DNA of 32,000 nucleotides from Synechococcus elongatus PCC 6301 (GCF_000010065.1 NC_006576.1:2100001-2132000), one strand, 5' to 3'. Shown: positions 1 to 9,524, numbered from the stretch's first letter. Made by a program: numbers and translations. The notes: generated by a model from the letters alone, not told the origin.

Positions 1-453
1 CGCTTCCTTGCGCTTCTTCATGAAGCTGGCGATCACGCTCTTGCTTTGGCCCAGCTGCGCCATCGAGAAGGAGCCGAGCTTGTTGAGGCGCATCACCTCC
101 GGCATCGAGGGGAAGACGATCGAGGCGGCAAGGCGATCGCGCACCGGTTGCACGGCGCTGACCACTTTCTCAGCTAGGTCTTCGATGAAGATCAGCGAGC
201 CGATGAAGATATCTGCATCCTGCAGATCGGCTTTAAAGGCGTCGTAGTTTTCGGGATCGCGCAGTTCTTCGATCAGGTAGCCGCTCAGTTCAACAGCAAC
301 TTGATGGGAGCCAGCATTGATCGATCGGACGGCGGCCGAGAGCGCACTCTGATACTGCGCTTCCAAGACGACGTAGACCACTTTCAGCCGCGATCGCCCG
401 TTAAGGTCCTCGGGCACGATGCGACGGATTGCGGACTTGACCTGGGTGAACAT
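1..453 (-). CDS. chlH: Magnesium chelatase subunit H, N-terminal 151 codons (gene continues beyond position 1)
   Basis: Not in the ORF track because it is truncated. The reverse-strand translation from ATG (complement of 451-453) reads MFTQVKSAIRRIVPEDLNGRSRLKVVYVVLEAQYQSALSAAVRSINAGSHQVAVELSGYLIEELRDPENYDAFKADLQDADIFIGSLIFIEDLAEKVV. This matches the conserved ChlH/BchH N-terminus as I recall it. A GGAGG lies 11 nt upstream of the ATG. Confidence 0.85.
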   Translation of the reverse strand, partial: MFTQVKSAIRRIVPEDLNGRSRLKVVYVVLEAQYQSALSAAVRSINAGSHQVAVELSGYLIEELRDPENYDAFKADLQDADIFIGSLIFIEDLAEKVVSAVQPVRDRLAASIVFPSMPEVMRLNKLGSFSMAQLGQSKSVIASFMKKRKEA

Positions 454-742
454 GCGCTTAGCAGCCTCCGGCGTGTTCTCGAGATGCGGGCGATCGGGTA
501 CAGGGCCGGCAAAAATACCCAATCGTGACAAATCACTCAAGATTGAGTTCTAACAGAAAATCCAGACTGGGTGGGGCCTCCCGGCGATCGCAGATACAAT
601 TTGCAATCCCTTTTGACAAGTAACTTCATAAAACTTGACAGAATGGCGATCGCTCCTTTTCCCCTAAGAGCTAAGGCGGTTTCGACCGCGCCCCGCCATT
701 TCAGGAAACAATGGCAACAGTGCAAGATTCTGTGACTGGTTT

Positions 743-1564
743 ATGGCTCACCCGATTCCTGTGGTTGTCAATGGGGCGACTGGCAAGATGGGGCGCGAAA
801 CGATCAAGGCGATCGCAGCGGCGGATGATGTGACCCTCGTGGGGGCGATCGCCCGCAGTGCGGATGTGCAGGGGCAAGACATCGGCGAGATTGTCGGGCT
901 TGGGCCGCTGGAAGTGCCGGTGACCAATGACCTTGAAGGAATGCTCTGCCTGGCTTCGCAGGAGCGGGAAGTGCCCGTTGTTGTCGATTTCACCCACCCT
1001 GACTGCATCTATGACAACGTCCGCAAGGCGATCGCCTATGGTGTGCGGCCAGTTGTGGGCACCACCGGCTTAAACAATGAGCAGTTGCAGGAACTAGCGG
1101 AGTTTGCCGAAAAAGCCAGCGTTGGCTGCTTGGTAATTCCTAACTTTTCGATTGGCATGGTGCTGCTGATGCAGGCAGCGATTCAGGCCAGCCGCTTCTA
1201 CGACCACGTCGAAATTTTGGAACTGCATCACGACCAAAAGGCGGATGCGCCCAGTGGCACGGCCATCAAAACCGCGCAGATGCTGGCAGAACTGGGCAAA
1301 ACCTTCAATCCTCCCAAGGTAACCGAGAAGGAGACGATGCCCGGCGCCCGCGGTGCTGTTGGCCCTGAAAATATCCGCATTCACAGCGTCCGTCTGCCGG
1401 GACTGATTGCCCACGAAGAGGTGATCTTTGGTGCGCCCGGTGAAATTCTGACCCTGCGTCACGACACCATGGATCGCAGTTGCTATATGCCGGGTGTGCT
1501 GTTAGCAGTGCGGAAGGTGCGGCAACTGACGGGGCTGATCTACGGCCTCGATCGCATTCCCTAA
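743..1564 (+). CDS. dapB: 4-hydroxy-tetrahydrodipicolinate reductase
   Basis: 273-aa ORF with an N-terminal NAD(P)-binding motif ([13 protein letters not shown]) and the DapB-typical segment [15 protein letters not shown]. Confidence 0.95.
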   Translation: MAHPIPVVVNGATGKMGRETIKAIAAADDVTLVGAIARSADVQGQDIGEIVGLGPLEVPVTNDLEGMLCLASQEREVPVVVDFTHPDCIYDNVRKAIAYGVRPVVGTTGLNNEQLQELAEFAEKASVGCLVIPNFSIGMVLLMQAAIQASRFYDHVEILELHHDQKADAPSGTAIKTAQMLAELGKTFNPPKVTEKETMPGARGAVGPENIRIHSVRLPGLIAHEEVIFGAPGEILTLRHDTMDRSCYMPGVLLAVRKVRQLTGLIYGLDRIP

Positions 1565-1573
1565 CGCAGGACC

Positions 1574-2257
1574 ATGCTGATTCCCATCACCGAAGCCAGT
1601 ACGAGGCAACTGATTCCTGCGATCGCGACGGGGCCGCAGTATCGCTACTGCTGGGGAAAGCCTCAGGACTTTCTGCGGCGGCTCCTGATCTCCGTGATCG
1701 TAGCGGTGGCTGCCTTGCTGGCCGAAACCCTGGCGGGGGTCTCCGGGGAAATTGCCCTCGTCGTCGGCATTCTGGGCGGCTTCTTTTGGTGGTGGGCACC
1801 GATCGCGATCGCTGCTCAACGCAACTACCGCCTGCGCCGCTATCGCTATGCCGCCTTTTGGGAGGGGGAGATCGTTGATCTTTACCGCAGCCAAGCCCGC
1901 ATTGGTACAGAGGAAACGGTCAATTCCCAGGGGCGGTTGGTGCTGATTGACAAGGTCGAAACTCGCGTCAATCTGGAGCTGCTGGACGAGAACGACTTTG
2001 AGCTGCGGCTACAGGTCCCGATCAAAAACGACTACAAGAAATTGCGACGGGGGCAACTAGTGCAGTTGCTCCTGTTTTCCAACGATCCGCAGCTGGCCAA
2101 GCTGGAAGCCTACAGCGACGCCTACGTGCCCGCCTTGGATCTCTGGGTGAGTGACTACCCCTATCTGAGCCGCGAAGCCTTCAAATTCACCAGTGCCCGA
2201 CTCATTTCCGAAACTGAGGCAGCTCGCTATGATGACCGGGGTCGCGGACGCCGCTAG
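1574..2257 (+). CDS. Conserved hypothetical membrane protein (two predicted TM helices, then a soluble C-terminal domain)
   Basis: 227-aa ORF starting 9 nt after the dapB stop. Hydrophobic stretches are LLISVIVAVAALLAETLAGV and IALVVGILGGFFWWWAPIAIAA. Codon usage resembles the flanking genes. No family recognised. Confidence 0.65.
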   Translation: MLIPITEASTRQLIPAIATGPQYRYCWGKPQDFLRRLLISVIVAVAALLAETLAGVSGEIALVVGILGGFFWWWAPIAIAAQRNYRLRRYRYAAFWEGEIVDLYRSQARIGTEETVNSQGRLVLIDKVETRVNLELLDENDFELRLQVPIKNDYKKLRRGQLVQLLLFSNDPQLAKLEAYSDAYVPALDLWVSDYPYLSREAFKFTSARLISETEAARYDDRGRGRR

Positions 2258-2321
2258 GGAACTGAACCCCGGCGAAGTGCATCATGGCCTTTGATAACTG
2301 TTCTCAATAGGAGAAAGAGGC

Positions 2322-3371
2322 GTGAGTAAACGCTGGCTAGCCCGGAGCGCTGCTGTGGCGATCGCCTGTCTACCGGCGCTGATCAGCCTCGAAGCAATCT
2401 CCACCCAACCAGCGATCGCCCAGGCGGCAGTCAACAATTTGCGCAGCATCGATGCGGATGCAGAAGGTCAACTCATCTTTCGCACGGATGCACCGCCGCG
2501 CTTTGAATGGACGCCAGACCTCGGTGGTAACTATCAGCTGACGCTCTTTGATACCCAGCTTCCCCTGAACTTTCGGACTCTGCCGCCGCCCTTGAGCTTG
2601 GCGCGCTTTGAAATCAATCGTCAGGGAAATAACATTGTCATCCGCCTGCGGACGCGCCCCGGTAGTCGTTTAGAACCGCCGGTGATGACAGCAGCAGGTC
2701 TACTGGGGCTGATGCTACCGAAAGCGAGCCTGCCGGCCCTAACGACGGCACCGCCTCGCCTGACGCCGCTGGTGCCCAACCTAAACCCGATTCCTCAGCC
2801 CTCTGTAGTCGGACTGCCGCCCCTGACGCGACCGGCAGTGATTGTGATCGATCCCGGCCATGGCGGGCGCGATCCCGGCGCGATCGGGATTGGTGGCATC
2901 CGTGAGACGGATATCGTGCTCGATATCTCTACTCAGGTCACCCGACTGCTCCAAGCGCAGGGGGCACAGGTGGTGATGACGCGGCAAGACGATCGTGAGG
3001 TTGATTTAGCCCCGCGCGTGGCGATCGCTCAGCGAGCACGAGCAACGGTCTTCGTCAGCATCCACGCCAATGCTCTCAGCATGAGTCGGCCAGACGTCAA
3101 CGGCATCGAGACCTACTTCTTCTCGGCAGCCAGTCGACCACTCGCCCAGGCCATCCAAGACCGGATGATGCAGTTCTTCCCCGACATGCGCAATCGTGGT
3201 GTCAAGCAAGCGCGTTTCTACGTCATTCGCCAGACAACGATGCCCTCAAGTTTAGTGGAAGTGGGATTTGTGACGGGGGCTGAGGATGCGCCTCGCCTCG
3301 CGGATCCCACGTTTCGCGCCCAGATGTCCCAAGCCATCGCGGCCGGCATTCTCGACTTCCTCAATCGCTGA
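2322..3371 (+). CDS. N-acetylmuramoyl-L-alanine amidase (AmiC-type: signal peptide, AMIN-like domain, Pro-rich linker, Amidase_3 domain)
   Basis: GTG start preceded by AGGAGAAAGAGG. Signal-like N-terminus (AVAIACLPALISLEAISTQPAIAQA). Catalytic-domain motifs VIVIDPGHGGRDPGA, FVSIHANA and SLVEVGFVT. Confidence 0.9.
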   Translation: MSKRWLARSAAVAIACLPALISLEAISTQPAIAQAAVNNLRSIDADAEGQLIFRTDAPPRFEWTPDLGGNYQLTLFDTQLPLNFRTLPPPLSLARFEINRQGNNIVIRLRTRPGSRLEPPVMTAAGLLGLMLPKASLPALTTAPPRLTPLVPNLNPIPQPSVVGLPPLTRPAVIVIDPGHGGRDPGAIGIGGIRETDIVLDISTQVTRLLQAQGAQVVMTRQDDREVDLAPRVAIAQRARATVFVSIHANALSMSRPDVNGIETYFFSAASRPLAQAIQDRMMQFFPDMRNRGVKQARFYVIRQTTMPSSLVEVGFVTGAEDAPRLADPTFRAQMSQAIAAGILDFLNR

Positions 3372-3453
3372 AGCTAGGTCTGGTGCTGAACTGGGCGATC
3401 GCTCGACACCAGGCTCATGAAGCAGAGCGGAGAATGGAGTAGTTCTTCTGCCT

Positions 3454-3467
3454 GCGATCGCGATCGC
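3454..3467. repeat. HIP1 (GCGATCGC) example: two overlapping copies, GCGATCGCGATCGC
   Basis: Read directly. The same octamer recurs throughout the window, for example at 133-140, and I counted about 12 copies in the first 3 kb by eye. Confidence 0.95.
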
Positions 3468-3508
3468 CGTCGGTAGGCTGGGAGCTGGTTGTCGTCCCTT
3501 TGCTAACC

Positions 3509-4060
3509 ATGACCTCGCCGCAACTCTTGGCTTCCCTCGTGCCTTGGGATTTGATGTTTTCGACCCAGGGAATCATGATCGGGCTGTTGGCGGCCTATGC
3601 CGGGGCACTCTGGCTCTTCCTGAGCAGTACGCCCAAGGTTCACACTGTTCTGGTCTCGGACCTAGCCCAAGCGCAGATTTTCTATGAGCGGGTGCTGGGG
3701 CTGGTGGCAGCGGATGTGCCGCTGAATTACTACTACAACACCGAACAAGGCCTGGCTGGTTTGGGGTACGACGGATCTCTCGGCATCGCCGCCCCGTCCC
3801 GTTTGGGTCGCGATCGCCCGCAGGATGGGCTATGGTATCGCCTCAAGCGTAAAACCCAGCTGCATGTGGTCGCTGGGGCGAATCCTGGCGATCACCAACG
3901 CCTGCGGCAGGTGTCCTTCGATCGCGATGGTCTGCAGCAGATCCTCAGCCGCATTCAAGCTCAAGGGTTGCCCTTCAAGCTCAAACGACAACTACCCCTC
4001 CTCTTTCTGGTCAAGGACTGGGAAGGGCAGGTGATCGAGTTCGAAGAGCTAGAGGTCTAG
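3509..4060 (+). CDS. Membrane-anchored glyoxalase/VOC-like protein (tentative)
   Basis: The ORF track starts at TTG 3500; the first ATG is at 3509. One N-terminal TM helix (GIMIGLLAAYAGALWLFL) is followed by VHTVLVSDLAQAQIFYERVLGL, which resembles the first beta-alpha-beta unit of VOC-fold proteins. The family call is by eye only. Confidence 0.55.
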   Translation: MTSPQLLASLVPWDLMFSTQGIMIGLLAAYAGALWLFLSSTPKVHTVLVSDLAQAQIFYERVLGLVAADVPLNYYYNTEQGLAGLGYDGSLGIAAPSRLGRDRPQDGLWYRLKRKTQLHVVAGANPGDHQRLRQVSFDRDGLQQILSRIQAQGLPFKLKRQLPLLFLVKDWEGQVIEFEELEV

Positions 4061-4062
4061 CG

Positions 4063-5511
4063 CTAGAGCAGGTGTGATTCCGCCACTTGCACGAGATGGG
4101 TGGTCCAATGTTCAACCTGCTGGGCTTCCTCGGCTTCCACCATGATCCGCAGCAACGGTTCCGTGCCGGAGGCGCGTACCAAAACGCGGCCGCGATCGCC
4201 CATATCGGTCTCTGCCGCTGCGATCGCTTGGGTCAGAGCCGCGCAGTTCTGCCAGTTGCAACGGCGATCGCGATCTTCCACGCGCACATTGCGCAGCAGT
4301 TGCGGATAGGGTCGGAAACTCTGGTCAACCAAGTCAGCAAGAGAAACTCCACTAGCTTGCACTAAGGCTGCAACATGGGCAGCTGTCAAAGTGCCATCCC
4401 CCGTCAATGCGTAGTGACGGCAAAGGATATGCCCGGACTGTTCGCCGCCTAGCATCGCCCCGCGAGCCTGCATTTCCGCTTGCACATACTGATCACCGAC
4501 AGCGGTGCGGACAAATTCGCCACCCACGGCTTGCCAAGCTCGCTCAAAGCCCAGATTAGCCATCACTGTCGTCACAATTGCCTGACCCGGAAGCTGCTGT
4601 TGCTGCTCCAGTTCCCGTCCCCAGAGGAAGAGGATGTGGTCGCCATCGACGCTACGGCCCCGTCCATCGACGGCCAAAACGCGATCGGCGTCGCCATCAA
4701 AGGCAAAACCCATGTCTGCGCCCTGCTCAAGGACAGCGGCTTGTAGCCGTGCCAGATGAGTCGAGCCGCAGTTGACGTTGATCTGATTACCATCTGGCAG
4801 GTCATGCAGGGCGATCACCTCAGCGCCGAGTTCCCGGAACAGTCGAGGAGCGAGTAGGGCGGCAGCCCCCCAAGCGAGGTCAAGGACAATCTTGAGCCCT
4901 TGCAGGTTGGCTCGCTGTCCCAAGGATTGAGCGATCGCCGCTTGGTAGTGATCCGCGAGTTGGGGCTGGTAGTAATGTTGCCCCCAAGTCGTCGCTGGCA
5001 GGCTGGTTTGCTGACCGCGCAGGCCCGCTTCGATCGCGGCTTGGAGCTGGCGATCGAGTTTGCTGCCATCGGCCCCGAACACCTTGATGCCGTTATCGCC
5101 GGGTGGATTGTGGCTGGCGGAAATCATCACCCCGCCGATCGCTTCACTGTGGTGGGTCAGGTAGGCGACACCGGGCGTGGGACACAGGCCGAGGTGCAGC
5201 ACTTCCACACCCGCGGCGGCCAGCCCTGAAGAGAGCGCCATCGCCAGCATGTTGCTGGAATTACGCGAATCTTGGCCGACGACGACTGGCCCACGATCGC
5301 CCCCAGCTTGCCGCAGCACCTGTCCAGTCCAGAAGCCGACCTGCTGAGCCAGTGGCGCTGTCAAATGCTCACCGACGCGACCGCGAATGCCATCGGTTCC
5401 AAACAGCGGAACCTGCTCAGCGATCGCTGCGATCCAAGGAGTAACTTCAATCGCTGTCTCCCAACGTGTCGCTGAGACCATTCCACACACCTTTGCAGTT
5501 GGACAAAACAA
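4063..5511 (-). CDS. glmM: Phosphoglucosamine mutase
   Basis: 482-aa ORF with FGTDGIRG near the N-terminus, the phosphoserine loop [13 protein letters not shown], the metal loop FDGDADR and GEQSGH. An alternative start is the internal ATG at 5481 (MVSATRW). Confidence 0.93.
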   Translation of the reverse strand: MFCPTAKVCGMVSATRWETAIEVTPWIAAIAEQVPLFGTDGIRGRVGEHLTAPLAQQVGFWTGQVLRQAGGDRGPVVVGQDSRNSSNMLAMALSSGLAAAGVEVLHLGLCPTPGVAYLTHHSEAIGGVMISASHNPPGDNGIKVFGADGSKLDRQLQAAIEAGLRGQQTSLPATTWGQHYYQPQLADHYQAAIAQSLGQRANLQGLKIVLDLAWGAAALLAPRLFRELGAEVIALHDLPDGNQINVNCGSTHLARLQAAVLEQGADMGFAFDGDADRVLAVDGRGRSVDGDHILFLWGRELEQQQQLPGQAIVTTVMANLGFERAWQAVGGEFVRTAVGDQYVQAEMQARGAMLGGEQSGHILCRHYALTGDGTLTAAHVAALVQASGVSLADLVDQSFRPYPQLLRNVRVEDRDRRCNWQNCAALTQAIAAAETDMGDRGRVLVRASGTEPLLRIMVEAEEAQQVEHWTTHLVQVAESHLL

Positions 5512-5535
5512 GAGGATCGGAATCCTGAGGCCGGG

Positions 5536-5715
5536 TTAACGCCAGCGTCGGGGGGCGTAGAGTGCTTGCAATCCAAGAACTGCAGAGCTTAACAAGAGTA
5601 GCCAGAGGATAGCGCCTGGCAGGAAGCCTAGCCAGCCCAGACCTCGCACAATCCAGACAAGAGCTGTGACAGCCAGACTAATCCCAAACCAACGATAGCG
5701 ACGACGGCTGACCAT
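5536..5715 (-). CDS. Candidate small membrane protein, 59 aa (one residue shorter than the shortest ORF in the track)
   Basis: Hand translation gives MVSRRRYRWFGISLAVTALVWIVRGLGWLGFLPGAILWLLLLSSAVLGLQALYAPRRWR followed by TAA. It has two hydrophobic helices with Arg-rich termini and fills the otherwise empty gap between glmM and the transglycosylase gene. No clear SD. Confidence 0.35.
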   Translation of the reverse strand: MVSRRRYRWFGISLAVTALVWIVRGLGWLGFLPGAILWLLLLSSAVLGLQALYAPRRWR

Positions 5716-5774
5716 AGAGATGGGTGAAGAGAACCCGCAGAAGATTCTAGCGGTTGCAGTGTTACCCTAGGCCG

Positions 5775-7847
5775 ATGTCTGCTCCTTCTTCCCCTTCGAC
5801 ATCCCAGACTCGGCCCCCAGCCCGATCGCTCTGGCGCCGGCGGCGTACCTGGTTTTTGGTCGGTGGAGGTGGCCTTGGAGCGGCAGCAGTCGTTGTCTTG
5901 TTGGGGATTTGGTGGCGATCGCCCACCCCGGAAGCTGCGATCGCGCTGCGTCAGTCGGATTTTGCAGAGCTACGCTGGCAATCGCGCTTTGCCATGGATG
6001 CCGCCACTCGTCAGCGGGCTCGTTTTCTCTACGCCCTGGCGATCGCCCCAGATCAGCCCCAAGCGGCCCTGCAAGCCCTGCAAGGACTAGAACGCTCCTA
6101 TCCGCTGCTGGGTCCCTACATCCTCAAACTCCGTGCCCAAGTTCAGACGCAACTGGGCCAAGACCCCCGCGAAACCTGGCGGCAACTGCTCAATACCTAT
6201 CCCGAGAGTCCTGTGCAGGCAGAGGCTGTCCTGGCCTTGGGACAGTGGGATCTCGCCCCAGCAACGATCCAGCGCTGGCCTCGCTATCCAGCCAGCAATG
6301 AGTTGGCGCGTCAGTTGGCGAAACGGCAGCCCGCAGAAGCAAAACGGTGGTTGCTGCAGATTGCCCAATTCGGTCGCTATCGCTTTGATATCGATGCCGT
6401 ACTGTCGGAATTGCAAGCTCTGCCCAATCTGACTGCCCGTGATCGCCAACAAATTGCTGATGCCTATTGGCAACGCGATGACTATGCAACGGCAGCAGAC
6501 CTCTACGCGCGATCGCCCCAGACCGATGAAACCCTTTATCGGCAAGCGCGCAGTCTCGACCTGACCAGTCAACCTGAGGTGGCGCGGACCCTCTACCAAC
6601 AGCTGCTCCAGCGTTTCCCTCAGTCCCCTGAACGGGAGCGGGCTTTAGTCCATCTCGTGCGCTTGGACCCAGCCAATCGCGATCGCTATTTGCAACTGCT
6701 AGAGCGGCAATTTGCTCTTAGTCTGCCCGAGGCCCTGGGCCTAGCAGCCGCCACTGAACCGCGTTACCGCCCGATTTTGCTGCAACGGTTTCCCGCCTCA
6801 CCTGAAGCGGCTGCCCTGCGTTGGCAACAGGCTTGGCAGCAAGCCGAGGCTGGCAATCTACCCCAAGCGATCGCCCTGGTGACTCAAACCCGCGATCGCA
6901 GCCCCACCATCGAAGCGGCAGCCCAAGCAGGCTTTTGGTTAGGTCGTTGGCAGACTCAGCTGGGGCAAACTGACGCGGCTCAAGCAGCTTGGCAATGGGT
7001 ACTTCAGCAGCATCCCGATTCCTACTACGCCTGGCGATCAGCGGCGGCACTGGGTTGGCCGGTTGGGGATTTTTCCCAAGTTCAAGCGCAACAACCGGCT
7101 TGGCCGCAAGCCCAATCTCCCCAAGCGTTACCCGCGGGTTCTGCTGTTCTGAAAGAGCTCTATGCCCTCGGCCAGACGGAAGATGCTTGGCGGCTCTGGC
7201 AACAGGAAGGCCCTAGCCGCGATCCCAGCCCCAGCGATCGCTTTATCTCCGCTCTGCTGGAGGCCAGCATCAGCCGCTACGATCGCGCCGCGAGTCTCCT
7301 CAAAGGTCTGCCGATCGATAGCCCGTTGCGGCAGCGATCGGATTTTGTCAGCACCCTGTATCCAGTAGTTTTCAAAGAGGAAATTACAGCAGCAACCCAG
7401 CGCGATCGCCTCAATCCGCTGTTGGTATTAGGTCTGATTCGCCAAGAGTCGCGCTTTTTGCCAGGAGCGACATCAGTCGTTGGGGCGCGAGGCTTGATGC
7501 AGTTGATGCCAGAAACGGCCGCTGAAGTGGCGGCAGAACTGGGGCTTCAGCAATACGATTTGGGCGATCCTCAGACCAATATCCAGTTGGGTAGTCGCTA
7601 TCTTCGCAATGTCTTGGACTATTGGCGCGAGGACAGTCTCTTTGCGATCGCTAGCTACAATGCTGGCCCCGGTAATGTCGAAAATTGGGTGCGTCGCTTT
7701 GGCCGTAGAGATCGCGATCGCTGGTTAGAGCAGATTCCTTTCCCTGAAACGCGCGATTACGTCGAGAAAGTCCTCAGTAACTATTGGAACTATCTGCGTC
7801 AGAGCGATCGCAGCTTAGAGCAGCGTTTACAACAACTAGACCGTTAA
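5775..7847 (+). CDS. Soluble lytic murein transglycosylase (Slt70-like: N-terminal TM/signal, superhelical repeat region, C-terminal SLT domain)
   Basis: SLT catalytic-domain motifs are GLIRQESRF, GLMQLMPETA and AIASYNAGPGNV. The track begins at TTG 5754; the first ATG is at 5775. Confidence 0.85.
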   Translation: MSAPSSPSTSQTRPPARSLWRRRRTWFLVGGGGLGAAAVVVLLGIWWRSPTPEAAIALRQSDFAELRWQSRFAMDAATRQRARFLYALAIAPDQPQAALQALQGLERSYPLLGPYILKLRAQVQTQLGQDPRETWRQLLNTYPESPVQAEAVLALGQWDLAPATIQRWPRYPASNELARQLAKRQPAEAKRWLLQIAQFGRYRFDIDAVLSELQALPNLTARDRQQIADAYWQRDDYATAADLYARSPQTDETLYRQARSLDLTSQPEVARTLYQQLLQRFPQSPERERALVHLVRLDPANRDRYLQLLERQFALSLPEALGLAAATEPRYRPILLQRFPASPEAAALRWQQAWQQAEAGNLPQAIALVTQTRDRSPTIEAAAQAGFWLGRWQTQLGQTDAAQAAWQWVLQQHPDSYYAWRSAAALGWPVGDFSQVQAQQPAWPQAQSPQALPAGSAVLKELYALGQTEDAWRLWQQEGPSRDPSPSDRFISALLEASISRYDRAASLLKGLPIDSPLRQRSDFVSTLYPVVFKEEITAATQRDRLNPLLVLGLIRQESRFLPGATSVVGARGLMQLMPETAAEVAAELGLQQYDLGDPQTNIQLGSRYLRNVLDYWREDSLFAIASYNAGPGNVENWVRRFGRRDRDRWLEQIPFPETRDYVEKVLSNYWNYLRQSDRSLEQRLQQLDR

Positions 7848-7879
7848 TCTCAAGCTTGCGGAGACAGTCACCTAGTCGG

Positions 7880-8464
7880 TTAATTCAGGCGCGACTGACT
7901 CAGAATCAAAGGCTCCTTGGACGGATGAGCGAACTGAGCCGAGGATTCTATGGGCTGAGAGCGCGTCTGCGATCGCTCGGGCATGACAACATCTGATTGA
8001 TGCCAAGTATGGGCGGTAATCCCGAGGCTGCAACCAATGACTGCTGCCAACAGCAGTGACAGCCAAGATTGCCGCGTTGAGTAAGCGCGAATTTGCAAGT
8101 CGAGACGGGCGATCGCAATCACCGTGCCCAGCACCAGCAGAGTAGCCAGTGCATTGATATGGGTCAGGATCAAGACCGTAAAAACACTGGCAAAAACCAT
8201 AAAGATAAAGGAAAAAAGACTGGAATCAAACCAACTTAAAACCCGTGAATTAATAAAGCTGCGTGGAACCGTACAAAGGCTAATAATAATCAAGTTGACA
8301 ATAATAATAAAAGGCCAGAAGAGGATTGGAAATTGCCGAAAAAATGGCATTCTCTCGAGGTTTTCGAGGAGGCTATGCCAATACCAACCAAAGGCAATAT
8401 AAGTAAAAATAACCAGCCACCAAGCTGGAATAAAGAGGGCATTTTTATGAGAAGCGGAGGCCAT
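7880..8464 (-). CDS. Hypothetical polytopic membrane protein, 194 aa, strongly AT-rich 5' half
   Basis: The track ORF 7880..8575 overlaps the upstream gene by 104 nt. The internal ATG at 8464 (MASASHKNALFIPAWW) lies 7 nt after that gene's stop, so I take it as the start. There are about 5 hydrophobic segments. No family recognised. Confidence 0.6.
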   Translation of the reverse strand: MASASHKNALFIPAWWLVIFTYIAFGWYWHSLLENLERMPFFRQFPILFWPFIIIVNLIIISLCTVPRSFINSRVLSWFDSSLFSFIFMVFASVFTVLILTHINALATLLVLGTVIAIARLDLQIRAYSTRQSWLSLLLAAVIGCSLGITAHTWHQSDVVMPERSQTRSQPIESSAQFAHPSKEPLILSQSRLN

Positions 8465-8471
8465 AGTTCGG

Positions 8472-8876
8472 TTACAAGTTAGTGGCGATCGCCTGTACCG
8501 GACAGGTGGGAATGCACTGTTCACAGACACTACAGCGCGGCCGATCGAACTGAAGCTGAAAGCTCTTGGGGTCAAGTCGCAGAGCGCCAGTTGGGCAAAC
8601 CCCTGTACAAAGGCCGCAATCGACGCAGCGATCGCGATCGATCACAATCTCAGCAGTGGTGAGCGAGACATTAATATCTTGCATCCCCATCCAGTCGATC
8701 GCGGCTTCTAGCGCATCGATATCGCCGGATAGCTCGACTACCAGTTTGCCGCTTTGGTTAGGCGTGATCTGGGCGCGAATAATATTGGCTGCCACATTAA
8801 ATTCAGTCGCTAGCCGATAGGTAATCGGCATTTGGACAATCCGTCGTGGAAACGTGAGGGTCACGCGCTTCTTCAT
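8472..8876 (-). CDS. NIL-domain protein fused to a 2x[4Fe-4S] ferredoxin domain
   Basis: 134 aa. The N-terminal about 75 aa resemble the NIL/MetN C-terminal-type domain (PITYRLATEFNVAANIIRAQI...GKLVVELSG). The C-terminus carries two CxxCxxCxxxCP motifs (CVDCGLCTGVCP, CSVCEQCIPTCP). Confidence 0.85.
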   Translation of the reverse strand: MKKRVTLTFPRRIVQMPITYRLATEFNVAANIIRAQITPNQSGKLVVELSGDIDALEAAIDWMGMQDINVSLTTAEIVIDRDRCVDCGLCTGVCPTGALRLDPKSFQLQFDRPRCSVCEQCIPTCPVQAIATNL

Positions 8877-8948
8877 GGCTGCGGTCCCACTGCCTCAGAC
8901 TCCTCGGCTTCGATAAACTGGGACTGTTCCGGCCACCCTTGAGGCAGC

Positions 8949-9524
8949 ATGACTGCGGATAATTCTGTACCCAGCCGTCTTCGCAACATCTTGGTGATTG
9001 CCGCAGCACTCGTACTCACCATCCTAGTGGTGCTGGGGTCTCGTCAGCCATCAGCCGCTGCATCGCTAGCAAGTTTGGCCGAGCAAGCTACGCCCTACGA
9101 AGTTGCGATCGCTAACGATCGCCCCATGCTGCTGGAGTTCTACGCCGACTGGTGTACCAGTTGCCAAGCCATGGCTGGCCGCATTGCGGCTCTCAAACAG
9201 GACTACAGCGATCGCCTCGACTTTGTCATGCTCAACATCGACAACGACAAATGGCTGCCTGAGGTTTTGGACTACAACGTCGATGGCATTCCGCAGTTTG
9301 TCTATCTCAACGGTCAAGGCCAGCCCCAAGGCATCAGTATTGGTGAGCTACCGCGTTCAGTCCTAGCAGCAAACCTCGACGCGCTGGTCGAAGCCCAGCC
9401 TCTGCCCTACACCAACGCTCGAGGCAACCTTTCAGAATTCTCAGCGGATCTGCAACCTAGCCGTTCCAGCCAAACTGACCCGCGTAGCCACAGCGGTCAA
9501 GTCCAAGACGGTGTTCTAGATTAG
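8949..9524 (+). CDS. txlA: Thioredoxin-like thiol:disulfide interchange protein TxlA
   Basis: 191 aa with an N-terminal TM anchor (ILVIAAALVLTILVVLG) and a thioredoxin fold with WCTSCQ (CxxC). A thioredoxin-like gene next to nblA matches the locus described for Synechococcus PCC 7942 as I recall it. Confidence 0.85.
   Translation: MTADNSVPSRLRNILVIAAALVLTILVVLGSRQPSAAASLASLAEQATPYEVAIANDRPMLLEFYADWCTSCQAMAGRIAALKQDYSDRLDFVMLNIDNDKWLPEVLDYNVDGIPQFVYLNGQGQPQGISIGELPRSVLAANLDALVEAQPLPYTNARGNLSEFSADLQPSRSSQTDPRSHSGQVQDGVLD

Noticed and set aside
8-528. Plus-strand ORFs 8..247 and 301..528
   Set aside because: Both are antisense to the clearly recognisable chlH N-terminus (minus strand, 1..453). 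They have no recognisable motifs and are typical GC-rich shadow ORFs.
614-642. Two TTGACA hexamers in the chlH/dapB divergent region, considered as -35 boxes
   Set aside because: I could not find a properly spaced -10 element (17 +/- 1 nt) for either one, so no promoter is called.
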